DNA of 64,000 nt from Armatimonadota bacterium (GCA_029553475.1 JAKPKV010000166.1:3520-67519); one strand, 5' to 3'; counted from the stretch's first letter, positions 27,860 through 38,444 are shown. Notes: generated by a model not told the origin, from the sequence alone. Translations and numbers: made by a program.

Positions 27860-30591
27860 TGGAAATGAACGCACACCTGTACCCCCGCGGCGCCGCGCTG
27901 TGGCGCGGCCTGGTCGCTGGCCTGTTGGCCGGCCTTGTGCTCCTCACCGGCGCGCCGGCGCGGCTGCGGGGCGCGGACGCGCCTGTCAGCGCCGTCATCC
28001 TGCGCCAGGTGGATCCCAACGGCCCCTTCACCGCGGCGACGGTCATTCGCGACAGCGATGACGCCGTCCTCGTGGAGGTGGCGTGGGCGAAACCGGTGGC
28101 CGCCGATGCCCGCTACACCGTCCGCTGGCTCGGACCGGACGGCACGAACTATTACGAGAGCGCCGAGACCGTGAAAGCCGGCGCCGATTTCTTCTCCGTC
28201 GGCCTGCGCGTGAACGGATATCCACTGAGCCGCCTGAAAGGCCGGCATACGGTGGCCATCCTGCGCGCCGGCGAGGCGCAGCCGCTGGCGCAGCCCGTCT
28301 TCACGCTGGAGCCCGCCGCCCGCGACCCGAAGAAGCCGCGCTTCACCGGGCTGCTCGCCGCCGGCCTCGATGACGAGCTGACGCCGATGGGCACGGCGAC
28401 CAGCTTCTTCAGCGATACCGGCACGCTCTGGGTCCGGTATGCGGCGGAGGCCATCCCGGAGCGCGGGCACGCGCTCACCGCGAAGGTCTACGACGCGGAG
28501 GGCGCGCTGGTGCTGAGCGGCACCCCGATCACCACCGACGGCACGTCCGACATCTTCGGCGCCGGCTTCTACCTGGCCGGGCGCGCCTGGGCGAAGGATG
28601 GCGGCAAATTCACGCTGCGCGTCTTTTGGGATGAGGATCCCGACGCCGTGGTGAGCCTGCCCTTCACCGTGACGACCGCCAACCGGTATGCCCTGCTCAT
28701 CGGCATCGCCGATTACCCGGGCGAGGACAACGACCTGCCCGGCTGCGACCTGGACGTCGCGGCGGTGCGGGACATGCTCGTGGGCGCCTACGGCGTTGAC
28801 GAGAAACACATCACCACGCTGCTGAATCTGGACGCCACGAAGAAGAATATCGTGAACGCGATTACCGCGCTGGCGGCGAAGGCGAAGAAGGACGACGCCG
28901 TCTATATCCACTACTCCGGTCACGGCGGGCAGGTGCCCGACCTGGACGGCGACGAGGAGGACGGCTGGGACGAGGCGCTGGTGCCCGCTGAGCCGGTGGC
29001 CGCCATGGCCACCACCGAGGCGGATATCGCCCGCTACCTGACGGATGACGAGATCGCGGCGCTGCTGCGACAGTTCGTGACGAACAACGTCACCGTCGTC
29101 TTCGATTCCTGCCATTCCGGCACGGCGGTGCGCGCCATCGGGCCGGATGCCCTCACCCCGCCGGCGGCGCTGCGCCGCACGCGGGCGCTGAACACCGAAT
29201 TCAGCCGCGAGCTGATTCGCCGGGCGGAGGATGCCCGCCAGGCGCCGCGCGGCGATTCTGATCCCGCCGGCCTGGACATCGGCAAGCGCTACGTGTTCCT
29301 GTCCGCCGCCCGGCCGTGGGAGCTGGCCTCCGGCGACGACGACGGCGGCTTCTTCACCATGGCGCTGGTCCGCGCGCTGACCTACGCCGACGGCCGGAGC
29401 TGGGAGCAGCTGATGACCGACGTGCGGAAGGAAGTGATGGCGATCAACTTCTCGCAGAACCCTGCGGCCGAAGGCGCGGCACGCCGCCTGCCCTTCTCGC
29501 TGGCGGAGGCGGCGGAGGACGCCCCGTTCGTGCGTCCCACGCTGGCGGTGGCCGGCGCGGCGGAAACGGGGCAGGAGCAGCCCACGCGGCTGGCCGCCGG
29601 CAGCGCCGGCAAGCACCTGGCGCTCATTGAAGGCCAGAGCACGGTTTACCTGGAGCAGATCGGCGCGCTGTACGACGTCTATCCCGCCGGCGCCACGCCG
29701 GCGGCGAAAGCCAAAGGCCGCGTGCGCATCACCGGCGACCGCCAGGTGGCGGCGATCCGCAACAAGAAAGGCGAGGTGGTCTTCGAGGAGCGCTACACGG
29801 CCGGCGAGCTCCTCGCCGGCACCGTGAGCCGCGGCGACCGGCTGGTGGCCGTGTCGGTGCCGGCGCCGGCGGCCAGCCCGAAGGTCGGCTTCTTCATCGG
29901 CAAGGACAGCCTGGACGTCGAGCGCAAGACCGCGCAGACGATCAGCGAGACGCTGCGGCGCGATCCGGCCATCCGCATCATGGACCGCGGCGCCTTCGCC
30001 GACATGGATTACGTCGTCGAGACGCGCCTGCGGAACACGGTGCTGACGGCCATCATCTGGTCGCCGGGCGGCTGGCTGATGGCGGACTTCACCGGCGCCG
30101 AGCGCGAGCTGGGCGAGAAGGTGAAGGCGTTCATCGCCGACCGGCATCAGCAGTACGCGCGCTTCATCCGGGTGAGCAACCCCGGCGCGGCCTACGCCCT
30201 GCGCGCCGACGTGGCGGGCGGCGACCTGCCCCGGAAACGCGGCGAGACGGTGACGATCACCGTCACCGGCGGCGCGCCGGGCTACCTGACGGCGCTGGCC
30301 GCGCCGGCCTTTGGCGCGCCGCGGCTCATCGGCGCCTCGGCGTCCGCCATCCCCGCGGGCCGGGCGCACACCTTCGCGGTGACGCTGCCGGATACGCCGG
30401 GGCGTGTGCCGGTGAAGATCATCAGCACCGCGCGCCCGCTGGACGGCGCGGCGATTGACAGGGCCGCACCGGCCGGGCGCACCGACGCTTTCCTCGCCGC
30501 CCTGCGCGGCGCGGTCGGCGCCGGGCTGGCGCCCAATCACCTGCCCACCGCCGACTGGGCGGATGCCATCGTCTGGATAGACGTCCGGTAA
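27859..30591 (+). CDS. Exported caspase-family (peptidase C14, metacaspase-like) protein
   Basis: TAATG overlap with upstream gene; signal peptide; YALLIGIADY, YSGHG (His), FDSCHSG (Cys), GFFTMAL, QNP. Confidence 0.92.
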   Translation: MEMNAHLYPRGAALWRGLVAGLLAGLVLLTGAPARLRGADAPVSAVILRQVDPNGPFTAATVIRDSDDAVLVEVAWAKPVAADARYTVRWLGPDGTNYYESAETVKAGADFFSVGLRVNGYPLSRLKGRHTVAILRAGEAQPLAQPVFTLEPAARDPKKPRFTGLLAAGLDDELTPMGTATSFFSDTGTLWVRYAAEAIPERGHALTAKVYDAEGALVLSGTPITTDGTSDIFGAGFYLAGRAWAKDGGKFTLRVFWDEDPDAVVSLPFTVTTANRYALLIGIADYPGEDNDLPGCDLDVAAVRDMLVGAYGVDEKHITTLLNLDATKKNIVNAITALAAKAKKDDAVYIHYSGHGGQVPDLDGDEEDGWDEALVPAEPVAAMATTEADIARYLTDDEIAALLRQFVTNNVTVVFDSCHSGTAVRAIGPDALTPPAALRRTRALNTEFSRELIRRAEDARQAPRGDSDPAGLDIGKRYVFLSAARPWELASGDDDGGFFTMALVRALTYADGRSWEQLMTDVRKEVMAINFSQNPAAEGAARRLPFSLAEAAEDAPFVRPTLAVAGAAETGQEQPTRLAAGSAGKHLALIEGQSTVYLEQIGALYDVYPAGATPAAKAKGRVRITGDRQVAAIRNKKGEVVFEERYTAGELLAGTVSRGDRLVAVSVPAPAASPKVGFFIGKDSLDVERKTAQTISETLRRDPAIRIMDRGAFADMDYVVETRLRNTVLTAIIWSPGGWLMADFTGAERELGEKVKAFIADRHQQYARFIRVSNPGAAYALRADVAGGDLPRKRGETVTITVTGGAPGYLTALAAPAFGAPRLIGASASAIPAGRAHTFAVTLPDTPGRVPVKIISTARPLDGAAIDRAAPAGRTDAFLAALRGAVGAGLAPNHLPTADWADAIVWIDVR

Positions 30592-30660
30592 GCGGGACGC
30601 GAAAGCGGGCGGGCGAGCGTCCCCCGGATGTGCATCCGGGGGACGCTCCGCCCACCACTG

Positions 30661-30751
30661 GGGCCGCGGCGTTGTACTCCGCATGCATTTCTACACAGGT
30701 CTATCAGATAATCCATGTGCAGATGCGTGCGGAGTGCAACTCCGCGGCCCC
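30661..30751. repeat. Imperfect inverted repeat (REPIN-like); one arm recurs at 3485-3510
   Basis: GGGCCGCGGCGTTGTACTCCGCATGCA ... TGCGTGCGGAGTGCAACTCCGCGGCCC. Confidence 0.75.
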
Positions 30752-30847
30752 GGTGGTGGCGTTGTTCGGGGGAGGTAGGGTGTAGAGGATGCAGAGAGCG
30801 GAGCGCGTGACCGCGAAAGCGGGGCGCGCAGGCCGGCGCGGCGGGCA

Positions 30848-32380
30848 TCAGTACGCGAAAAAATCCACGATCCGCCGGAGGAGTTCGCGCTGGAGCGACT
30901 CCACGGTCTGCGGCGCGGCGGCCGGCCCGGCGGCGGCGGTCACGCGCGCGCGCGATTCCCGCAGCTCGTGCTGGCGGGCGGCGAGGACGGCGCTGATATG
31001 CTCCGCGAGGCGCGGGGTGGCGTCCAGCGCCTGGCGCATGGCGTCCTTCCCCATCACCAGCAACTCGCTCTCGCCCTCGGCCACCACGGTGGCCGAGCGC
31101 GGTTCGCCGGTGAGGAGCGAAAACTCGCCGAAGAACTCGCCGGCCTGCAGCGTGTGCGAGAAGACTTCCCGCCCCTCATCATCGCTCGCCGTCACCCGCA
31201 CGTGGCCGCGCGCGATGACGTAAAAGGTCTGCCCCGCTTCCCCCTGGCGGCAGATCGTCTCGCCGCTGGCGAACAGCGCGGGGTGCAGGCGGTCCGCGAG
31301 CTGCTGCATCTGCTCGGGCGACAGGCTCTGCAGGAAGGGAATCGCGCGCAGCAGGGCGACCCGCGCGCCGGCGGCCGCGGCCGGCGCCGGCCGCCGCAGC
31401 GTCACCGCGGTGGCGGGACAGGCGAAGCAGATATTCGCCCGCCGGAAGTGATACCACAGCGCACGGTGCACGGCGGTGAGGATGGCGTCGCGCGCGCCGA
31501 AATCGGTGATCCAGAACCGCACCGCGTAGCGGATGCCCTGGCCGTCAAACGCGAGCAGCCGCGTCTCCGGCGCCGGCGCGGGGCTGATGCCGTCAAGGTC
31601 CCGCAGCGCCTCCAGCAGCACGCGCTCGACCTGCTCCGGCGGGTAGCCGCACTCCACCACCACCGCGACTTCGTCGGCATGCAGCCCACCCCGCGCGGCG
31701 AGGTTGACCACCTCCACCTTCGCCAGCAGGCTCAACGGCAGGATGACGCGGTCGCCGGCGGCGGTGCGGATGGTCAGCGAGCGCCAGTCCGATCCCTCCA
31801 CCTGTCCCTGGTGCTGCCCCACGCGCAGCCAGTCGCCCGGGCGGTAGAGGTTCGTCACCTGCAGGCTGAAGCCGGCGAAGAGGTTGGCCAGCGCTTCCTG
31901 CATGAGCAGGCCCAACCCCAGCAGCAGCACCGCCGCCCCAATGAGCACACCGGCGACGATCTTGATGTTGAAGAGGCTGACGAGCACCAGCAGCACGGCG
32001 AGCAGGTAGATCAGCCCGCGCACGAAGGCCTGCACCACCGGCGGCACGTCCATACGCCGCCGCACGGCATACACGTAGTCGAAGATGATCACCAGCAGCG
32101 TTTCCACCGCGATGATGACGAGCAGGGCGAGGATGCCGGTGCGCGGCAGCCAGGACAGCCAGACCTTGACCGAGAGCGCGGCCAGCGGCGCGTGTGCCAG
32201 CTTGGCGCCGATCCAGTTCAGCGTGCAGAGGAGGATGAGCAGGTAGACCCAGAAACGCACCCGCCGCGCGATGGGCTCGACAAACGAGCCGCGCCAGGGC
32301 AGGAATTTGTACAGCAACCAGTATAGCGTGCTGAGCCCGATGAAGATGAGGGCGGCCTGCAGGATAATCATCACGCGCAT
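30848..32380 (-). CDS. MscS-family mechanosensitive channel with cyclic-nucleotide-binding domain
   Basis: TM helices, LANLFAG, PGDWLRVG; RQGEAGQTFYVI, FFGEFSLLTGEPRSATV cNMP motif. Confidence 0.93.
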   Translation of the reverse strand: MRVMIILQAALIFIGLSTLYWLLYKFLPWRGSFVEPIARRVRFWVYLLILLCTLNWIGAKLAHAPLAALSVKVWLSWLPRTGILALLVIIAVETLLVIIFDYVYAVRRRMDVPPVVQAFVRGLIYLLAVLLVLVSLFNIKIVAGVLIGAAVLLLGLGLLMQEALANLFAGFSLQVTNLYRPGDWLRVGQHQGQVEGSDWRSLTIRTAAGDRVILPLSLLAKVEVVNLAARGGLHADEVAVVVECGYPPEQVERVLLEALRDLDGISPAPAPETRLLAFDGQGIRYAVRFWITDFGARDAILTAVHRALWYHFRRANICFACPATAVTLRRPAPAAAAGARVALLRAIPFLQSLSPEQMQQLADRLHPALFASGETICRQGEAGQTFYVIARGHVRVTASDDEGREVFSHTLQAGEFFGEFSLLTGEPRSATVVAEGESELLVMGKDAMRQALDATPRLAEHISAVLAARQHELRESRARVTAAAGPAAAPQTVESLQRELLRRIVDFFAY

Positions 32381-32597
32381 GTGCTCCTCTCATACGGTAA
32401 CAGGGGAGCGGCATTTTGTCGAGTCGCGCGTCCCGACCAGGTCACCAAACCATCCCGTTCGTAGCCAGGCACGCAGCGGCGCGGCGTGCCGTGCGCAGGG
32501 GGACAGTCCCCAGTGTGTTCACTACGAACGGGGTTTGGTGTTACCACGTGCAAAGTCGTCCGCTGGCGCAGACCCCCGTGCGGCGCCAGGTATAGCG

Positions 32598-34322
32598 TCA
32601 CTCTTTCAACGTCACCGTTTCCTCCACGCGGTAGACGGCGCCGTCGCGGATGGCGAAGTAGTGGAGTTTGGTGGGGGTGTCGAAGAAGACGCGGCTGATG
32701 ATCCGGTGGTAGGTGGGGCCGAGGTGGCCGTTGACGACGGCGCTGTCGCGGCTGTAGCGGGTGGCGGTGTAGGCGACCAGCGGGGCGTCGGGGGCGAAGA
32801 CGGGGTGATTGAGGCTGCTGACGGTTGGGCCGCGCCGGCCATCCACCACCAGCGCGCGGCCATCCGGCATGTTGATCTGATAGGAATAGTGCCGACTGTC
32901 GGGGGTGAAGGTGATGAGTGACTCAATGGACGCGCTATGGCGCAGGGTCTCCCGGCCGTCCACGACGACCACCTGCTGACCGCGATCCTTCGCGAGGTAG
33001 ATGGCGCGCTTGCCGTTCGGGCTGAAGACGACGTAGGGATCAATCTCCGCGTAGCGGTTGCCGGCCTGCCCGTCCATCACCATCTGCTGGTATTTGCCCA
33101 CCTGCGCGAGGTAATAGACGCCGGGGCTGTGCGGGATGCCGCCCAGCATGTGGATTTTATCGTAGCGCCGGCTCTCCTGGCCATTCACCACCACCACGTA
33201 CTGTTTGCCGACGGGCGCGGCGAACGCCCAGGTGCCGCCGTGGTGCAGGACATGTTCTTTAACGGGGTAGCGCTCCTTCGGCGGCGGCGTTGTCAACGGC
33301 ATGGTGATGGCCACGGCCAGAAGCTCGCGAACGAACAATACGGTCGCCCCCTCATCCATCCCCGCCGCGATTGACGCGGGCGGCGGGGCGAATTCCCGCC
33401 GGTAGACGGCATCCTGGCGGGTGGTTTCGCGGCCGTCCACCACAAGCATTTTGCGGCCGCCGCGCCAGGCGGGGTAGGCGAGGTGGCGGCTGTCGCGGCT
33501 GAAGGCGAGATCTATGCTGCTGGAATAGGCGTAGGCGGGGATGATCTGGTCATACAGCGCTTTCGGCTGGCCGTCCACCACCACTTTCCAGCCCGCGCCC
33601 TGCTTGGCGACGTAGGCCAGGCGTTTTCCATCCGGGCTGAAGGCGATGGCGCCGATGCGGTCATACGGCGGCCCTTCCACGCCGTCCACCACCACGTGCT
33701 GCTTCCCTGCGCGCTTGATGACCCAGGCGAGACGATGCGTCGCCTCATGCACCAGGGCGAATGCCGGTGAGAAGGCTGGGCGGTCGGATGGCATGTAGCA
33801 CGAAGAGGTGGCGAAGTATGTACGAATGATCGGCGCGTTCGGATCGCATTCCCGCCAATCGCTGCCTTCCACGCTCCCCGTCGGGCGGTCACTGGCCACT
33901 TGCAGCGATTTAATGCCGTCATACGGGCCGTATTCCCGCGTGCCGTGGACAAGGTCGTATCGCGCGTCCTTCTTCGCCAGGTAGTAGGGCGTGTCATCCC
34001 GCGTGCAGTGAATCGGACTGATGACTTTGTCGAATACTTTGTCCGGGACGCCGTTGATGAAGACGGTCTGCGGCTCGCCGTCCTTGCGCGCGCTGGTATG
34101 GACAAGGAGCTTGCCGTTGGGACTCACCAGATACTGCGGGCCGCTGAACACCGACGCGAAGATGAAGTTCCGCGAACGAGGACTGACCGTCTCACCATTT
34201 TCGGTCTTGACCGGCGGCGGCGGGGGCACGAGCAGCGTCTCCGTCGTCGTGCGTTCCGCCACCGGCGGAACGGCCAGCGCGGCGCCGGCGAGGGCGAAGC
34301 AGAGGATGAGCATCCGTGACAT
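32598..34322 (-). CDS. Exported TolB/WD40-like beta-propeller protein
   Basis: Signal peptide; repeated FSPDGKRLAY...VVVDG..GP.YD units. Confidence 0.75.
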   Translation of the reverse strand: MSRMLILCFALAGAALAVPPVAERTTTETLLVPPPPPVKTENGETVSPRSRNFIFASVFSGPQYLVSPNGKLLVHTSARKDGEPQTVFINGVPDKVFDKVISPIHCTRDDTPYYLAKKDARYDLVHGTREYGPYDGIKSLQVASDRPTGSVEGSDWRECDPNAPIIRTYFATSSCYMPSDRPAFSPAFALVHEATHRLAWVIKRAGKQHVVVDGVEGPPYDRIGAIAFSPDGKRLAYVAKQGAGWKVVVDGQPKALYDQIIPAYAYSSSIDLAFSRDSRHLAYPAWRGGRKMLVVDGRETTRQDAVYRREFAPPPASIAAGMDEGATVLFVRELLAVAITMPLTTPPPKERYPVKEHVLHHGGTWAFAAPVGKQYVVVVNGQESRRYDKIHMLGGIPHSPGVYYLAQVGKYQQMVMDGQAGNRYAEIDPYVVFSPNGKRAIYLAKDRGQQVVVVDGRETLRHSASIESLITFTPDSRHYSYQINMPDGRALVVDGRRGPTVSSLNHPVFAPDAPLVAYTATRYSRDSAVVNGHLGPTYHRIISRVFFDTPTKLHYFAIRDGAVYRVEETVTLKE

Positions 34323-34400
34323 CGTTTCACTCCCGAACAGCAGTGTTCTCATCTCATACGCCATAGCGGGCGAGCGGTTGCCGGAGGCTCGCCCGTCCCG

Positions 34401-36413
34401 TTACCAGCGAGCGGCGTTGATGGCCTCCTGGGCGTCGGGGTATTTCCCGGCGGTGGTGAAGGAGCGGTAATATTCGTAGGCGGCGCCGGTCCAGCGGTAG
34501 AAGCGGAACTGGTAACGGGCGTCAGGGTCGGCGGGGGTGGCGTCGCCAGCGCGGCCGGCGGTGATGATCTCCAGGCCGGGGGCGGCGCGGTCGGCGTCGT
34601 CGAAGAGCCAGGCGCCTTTCGCCGCGTGGGCGAAGGGCAGGCGGCTGATGAGGCGCAGTTGCGCGGTGCCCGGCCAGGCAAAGAGGAACAGCGCTTCCTC
34701 GCCGGTGCGGGCGGCGAGCACGACGTAGAGCTCCAGCACGCCGTCGCCGTTCACGTCGCGGATGCCGAAACTGCCCAGCGGCGCGGGGATGTCCGGCGTG
34801 GCGCCGGCCAGCCCGGTCCAGCGGAAGGCGGTCTCGTTGGGGACGCGCTCGTCAAAGGTGAGGGTATCGAGCAGCTCGGCGGGGATGACGCCGTGCTCAT
34901 CCGGCGCGGGGAAGATGCGCAGCATCGGCGGCAGGTCGGTGCCGCCGTCCGCGACGGCCACCGCCACCGTTTCCGCCGTCCCGTCGCCGTTCAGGTCGGC
35001 CGTCCACGCGCCGACGCACTGATAGCCCTTCGAGAAGAGGCGGGGAAATCTCGTCTCCGGGCGGGCGATCATCTCCATGGGCACCGCCGGGCGCGGGGTG
35101 TCCGTCGCCGCCCCGACCGGGATGACCACGCGGAAACCGACGTTGGCATACATCTCGCCGGGCCGCATGGTATCCAGCCGGTAGGCGCAGCGGAACTTGT
35201 AGCCGTGCGTATCCATCGGGTCGAAGCAGGAGTTGCCGCGCACGGCGTACTCCTTCAGCGCCGCCGGCCCGCGCGGGTTGGCCCAGCGGCTGCTGCCGGG
35301 ATCATCGGGGACCAGCCAGTCGGCGCAGAGCTCCGCCATGTTGCCGGCCATGTCCAGTAGGCCGTACGGGCTGGCGCCCCCCGGAAAACTCCCCACCGGC
35401 TTGCGGGCATCAATGCCCGGCTTGCCCATGAAGGGCGCGTAGCGCGTCTCGTCGCGGCGATTGCCCCACGGATACTCGCGCCCGTCCGTGCCGCGCGCCG
35501 CTTTCTCCCATTCCGCCTCGGTGGGCAGGCGCCCGCCCGCCCAGGCGGCGAAGGCGGCGGCTTCTTCCGGCGTCATGCCGCTGACCGGGTAGTCGTCCTT
35601 CCAGCCCTCCACGATTTTGCCGTCGTCGCGCAGCACCTGCGGGGGCACCGGCATCGGCGTTTTCGTCGCCGCGCAGAACTTTGTATACTGCCCGGCGGTC
35701 ACCTCGTACTTTGAAATCCAGTAGCCGTCCAGGTGCACCATGCGCGCGTGATGCTCCAGCGGGTTGCCCGTCTCCTCGATCTGGAAGGCGGTGCTCTGCA
35801 GCGTCACCGCTTTATCCGCGCCGTCGCCGGTGGGGGTGAGCACCGTCGTCTCCAGCGGCACGGGGCGGGCGCGTTTCAGGCCGCTGCTGCCCATCTGGAA
35901 CGCGCCGGCGGGCACGAAGACCATGAGGCCGCCGTCGGGGCTGTTCAGGCGCAGCGTGGGCAGCGCGAAATCCGGTTTCGGCGGCCCGGCGCGGAGGAGG
36001 GTGCGCATGGTGGCGGCGTCGCGGCTGAGCTGCACGTTGAGCAGCCCGGCCAGCCCGCGCGCGATCACGTAGCCGACGGCGTCATATTTCAGCATCGGCT
36101 TGCCCAGGTCCACCGTCTTGATCACCGGCGCACTCTTCGGGCCGCTGCCGTCCGCCGTCGGCTGCCAGGCCGGATCGAGGATCTCCGCTTTCGCGCCCAT
36201 CATGGTGAAGCGGATCACCGTGCGCGGCACGGCGGGGAGGGTGAGGGTGAGGGTATTCGTCGGCGGGTCGAAGACCAGCTCGCCCCCCGCCCACTCCGCG
36301 GCGGCGCGCAACGGCACGTAGGTGGTATCTCCCACCAGCAGCGCGAAGGGCTCGTCGGCGAGGAGGGCGGCGGCGCAGGCCAGCGCGCAGACCAACATGG
36401 CGCGGCGAAACAT
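34401..36413 (-). CDS. Exported protein: copper amine oxidase-like N-terminal domain, FGE-sulfatase domain, VCBS/FG-GAP-like C-terminus
   Basis: Signal peptide, TYVPLRAAAE, FQMGS, RLPTEAEWEKAARG, DMAGN, ADLNGDG and RDVNGDG repeats. Confidence 0.82.
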   Translation of the reverse strand: MFRRAMLVCALACAAALLADEPFALLVGDTTYVPLRAAAEWAGGELVFDPPTNTLTLTLPAVPRTVIRFTMMGAKAEILDPAWQPTADGSGPKSAPVIKTVDLGKPMLKYDAVGYVIARGLAGLLNVQLSRDAATMRTLLRAGPPKPDFALPTLRLNSPDGGLMVFVPAGAFQMGSSGLKRARPVPLETTVLTPTGDGADKAVTLQSTAFQIEETGNPLEHHARMVHLDGYWISKYEVTAGQYTKFCAATKTPMPVPPQVLRDDGKIVEGWKDDYPVSGMTPEEAAAFAAWAGGRLPTEAEWEKAARGTDGREYPWGNRRDETRYAPFMGKPGIDARKPVGSFPGGASPYGLLDMAGNMAELCADWLVPDDPGSSRWANPRGPAALKEYAVRGNSCFDPMDTHGYKFRCAYRLDTMRPGEMYANVGFRVVIPVGAATDTPRPAVPMEMIARPETRFPRLFSKGYQCVGAWTADLNGDGTAETVAVAVADGGTDLPPMLRIFPAPDEHGVIPAELLDTLTFDERVPNETAFRWTGLAGATPDIPAPLGSFGIRDVNGDGVLELYVVLAARTGEEALFLFAWPGTAQLRLISRLPFAHAAKGAWLFDDADRAAPGLEIITAGRAGDATPADPDARYQFRFYRWTGAAYEYYRSFTTAGKYPDAQEAINAARW

Positions 36414-36842
36414 GGCGGCGATCCTTTCCACGGCGTCCGGGGAGCGGCGTCCACGACAGTACCCGAGTCTGCCTCCATTATATCGGGAAGCCGGGTCTAT
36501 ATCCATAGACACCGGCCGCGGCGGAGAGTTTTGCCGCGGCCCGGCGCGGGCGCCCGGCGAGAATGTCGGCGCATGAGCCCATCCTCGTCCAGCCTCGCTG
36601 GATGGCGCCCGGGAAAATCCGCACATCTTCGCGCCGCTGTCACGCTTTTGCCGCATGGCGCGCCTGCCGGGGAAAAGTGACGGCGAACCGGCACGTCGCG
36701 CGCTCACCCGGTGTGCGAGACTGGGCTGGAACATCGGGCATCCCTCGCGCCCCGTGTCATGTACCCGTACCGCAGCGGTGGCATGGCCAGCGGGTGAGCC
36801 GGTGGATTCGACGATACCCTTGGGGAAAAGGAGGATCTCCCG

Positions 36843-38444
36843 ATGAAAAACGGGTTGATGGGTCTGCTCGTCGGCCTTGCGCTGGTAGTGAGTGCCAGCG
36901 CGATGGCCGCGCCGCAACCCCTCACGAATGCCGCCCTCGACCAGGTGGTCGCGGGGGAGGCGACGGCCAGCGGACCACAGGCCGTCGCCGTGGACGGTGA
37001 TGACAGCGCGAACGTCGCGGCGGGCGCGCTGGCGGCCGGCGCGGCGCAAGCGGTGAACGGCGCCGGCAATATCACGACGCAGAATCCGACGAACAGCGCG
37101 GTGTCGTCCACGGACGGCGTCAGCCTGAACGCGGAGAACGGCGGCATCGCGGCGGCGCTGGCGGCGGATGCGCTGGCGGCGGCGTCCAACAATCCGGACG
37201 AGAGCGCCGTGGCGCTCGGCCATGACAACCTCGCGCGGAATTTCGCGGACAACGACGATGTCGCCAATGCCTCGGGGGCCGCGCTGGCCATCGCGGAAGC
37301 GGATGACGCCGCCAACGCGTTCGGCGCGAACAGCCAGGCGTTCGACGGCAACGATGACCTCGCGGTGGCCGACAACGGCACGGCGATCGGGGCGGCCGGG
37401 GACGCGGCGCTGAATCTCGGCCATGCCAACGTCGCCATCGAGGCGCCGGACAACGCGACGCTGGCGCAGGGCCAGGGCGAAGCGGTGCAAAACACGGGCG
37501 CGCTAGCCTGGGCCGATACCGGCGTGGCGGTGGCCAATCCGTCCGACCTGGCGCTGGCGGCCGGCAGCGGCATCGCCGCCGTCGGCAGCGACTTCGCTCT
37601 CGCGTCGGACGACGCGGCGGCGGCGAACGCCAACGATGACGCCGCGCTGGCGCTGGGCGTCGGCAATATCGCGCTCGATGCGCCGGACGACGTGGCCGTG
37701 AATACCGGCAGCGGCGTGGCCGCCGTGGACAGTGCCCTCGTCCTCGCGGAAGAGGGCGGCATCGCCGCCGCGGATAGCGACGAGGCGGCCAACGCCCTCG
37801 GCCATGGGAACACGGCCATCAATGTCGCCGATAACGCGGATAGCGCCATTGCCGTGTACGGCGGCAACGCGGGCCGCGCCAACGGCAACGGCCAGGCGGC
37901 GGCCGGCGACGGCAACACGCAGCAGTATCAGGACGCCACCAATGCCATCGCGGCGATGGATGACGCGGTGGTCCACGTCACCGCGTCCGCCATTGACGAC
38001 ACCACGGTGGAACGCGGCTCGGCCGCGATCATCGGCGAGAGCAACCAGGTGGCGGCGCTGGCGGGTGAGACGGAGATTGATGTCGAGACCGATGGCGGCG
38101 ACCTGGAGATTGACGGCGTGGTGGCCAAATCCGCGGCAATCGTGTGCGCCTTCAACGAGGACGACCGGACGATCACGGTGGAGGTGGAGATTGGCGACTC
38201 CTTCAACGTCGAGAACAACGTGCTGCGCATCTGCGGGATGGATCAGGCGTCCGGCATCGTGCTGGCGAGCTCGCTGAACGACCAGCAGACCGGGGCGAAC
38301 CTGAACGTGACCAGCGCCACCAGCGTGGTGCCCACGGTGACGGGGACGAGCGTGCCGGCGACGGCGGTGGGCACGGCGACGGCCGACACCGCGCTGAACC
38401 AGTTGGTGAGCAACGGGTCTGCGCTGGTGAATATCCAGTTCTGA
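36843..38444 (+). CDS. Secreted acidic Asn/Asp/Ala/Gly repeat protein, putative fibre or amyloid-like subunit 1
   Basis: AAGGAGG RBS; Sec signal; imperfect D-x-A-x-A-x-G-x-G-N-x-A repeats; terminal Phe; colinear paralog of 38782-40452. Confidence 0.75.
   Translation: MKNGLMGLLVGLALVVSASAMAAPQPLTNAALDQVVAGEATASGPQAVAVDGDDSANVAAGALAAGAAQAVNGAGNITTQNPTNSAVSSTDGVSLNAENGGIAAALAADALAAASNNPDESAVALGHDNLARNFADNDDVANASGAALAIAEADDAANAFGANSQAFDGNDDLAVADNGTAIGAAGDAALNLGHANVAIEAPDNATLAQGQGEAVQNTGALAWADTGVAVANPSDLALAAGSGIAAVGSDFALASDDAAAANANDDAALALGVGNIALDAPDDVAVNTGSGVAAVDSALVLAEEGGIAAADSDEAANALGHGNTAINVADNADSAIAVYGGNAGRANGNGQAAAGDGNTQQYQDATNAIAAMDDAVVHVTASAIDDTTVERGSAAIIGESNQVAALAGETEIDVETDGGDLEIDGVVAKSAAIVCAFNEDDRTITVEVEIGDSFNVENNVLRICGMDQASGIVLASSLNDQQTGANLNVTSATSVVPTVTGTSVPATAVGTATADTALNQLVSNGSALVNIQF

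Noticed and set aside
22916..30684. Long antisense ORFs (22916-25990, 26003-27874, 27820-30684) and similar ones elsewhere (e.g. 5836-8067, 10752-12464, 38950-40563, 58912-61296)
   Set aside because: Shadow frames opposite well-supported genes in high-GC DNA; no recognisable motifs
35120..35250. Second FGE domain as a DGR target
   Set aside because: The domain is internal, the RGGSW scaffold is degenerate (RGNSC), and there is no clear NNC pattern or IMH-like tail
36688..36704. Sigma54 promoter (CGGCAC-N-GC) upstream of the Fap-like operon
   Set aside because: GG-N10-GC spacing is present, but the -12 TTGC is absent and the second copy at ~38511 lacks the GC
36414..37490. N-terminal extension of ORF 34401-37490 (likewise smc from 43046 and ORF 48992)
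   Set aside because: Extensions overlap other genes or intergenic DNA; true starts are marked by signal peptides or conserved N-termini downstream
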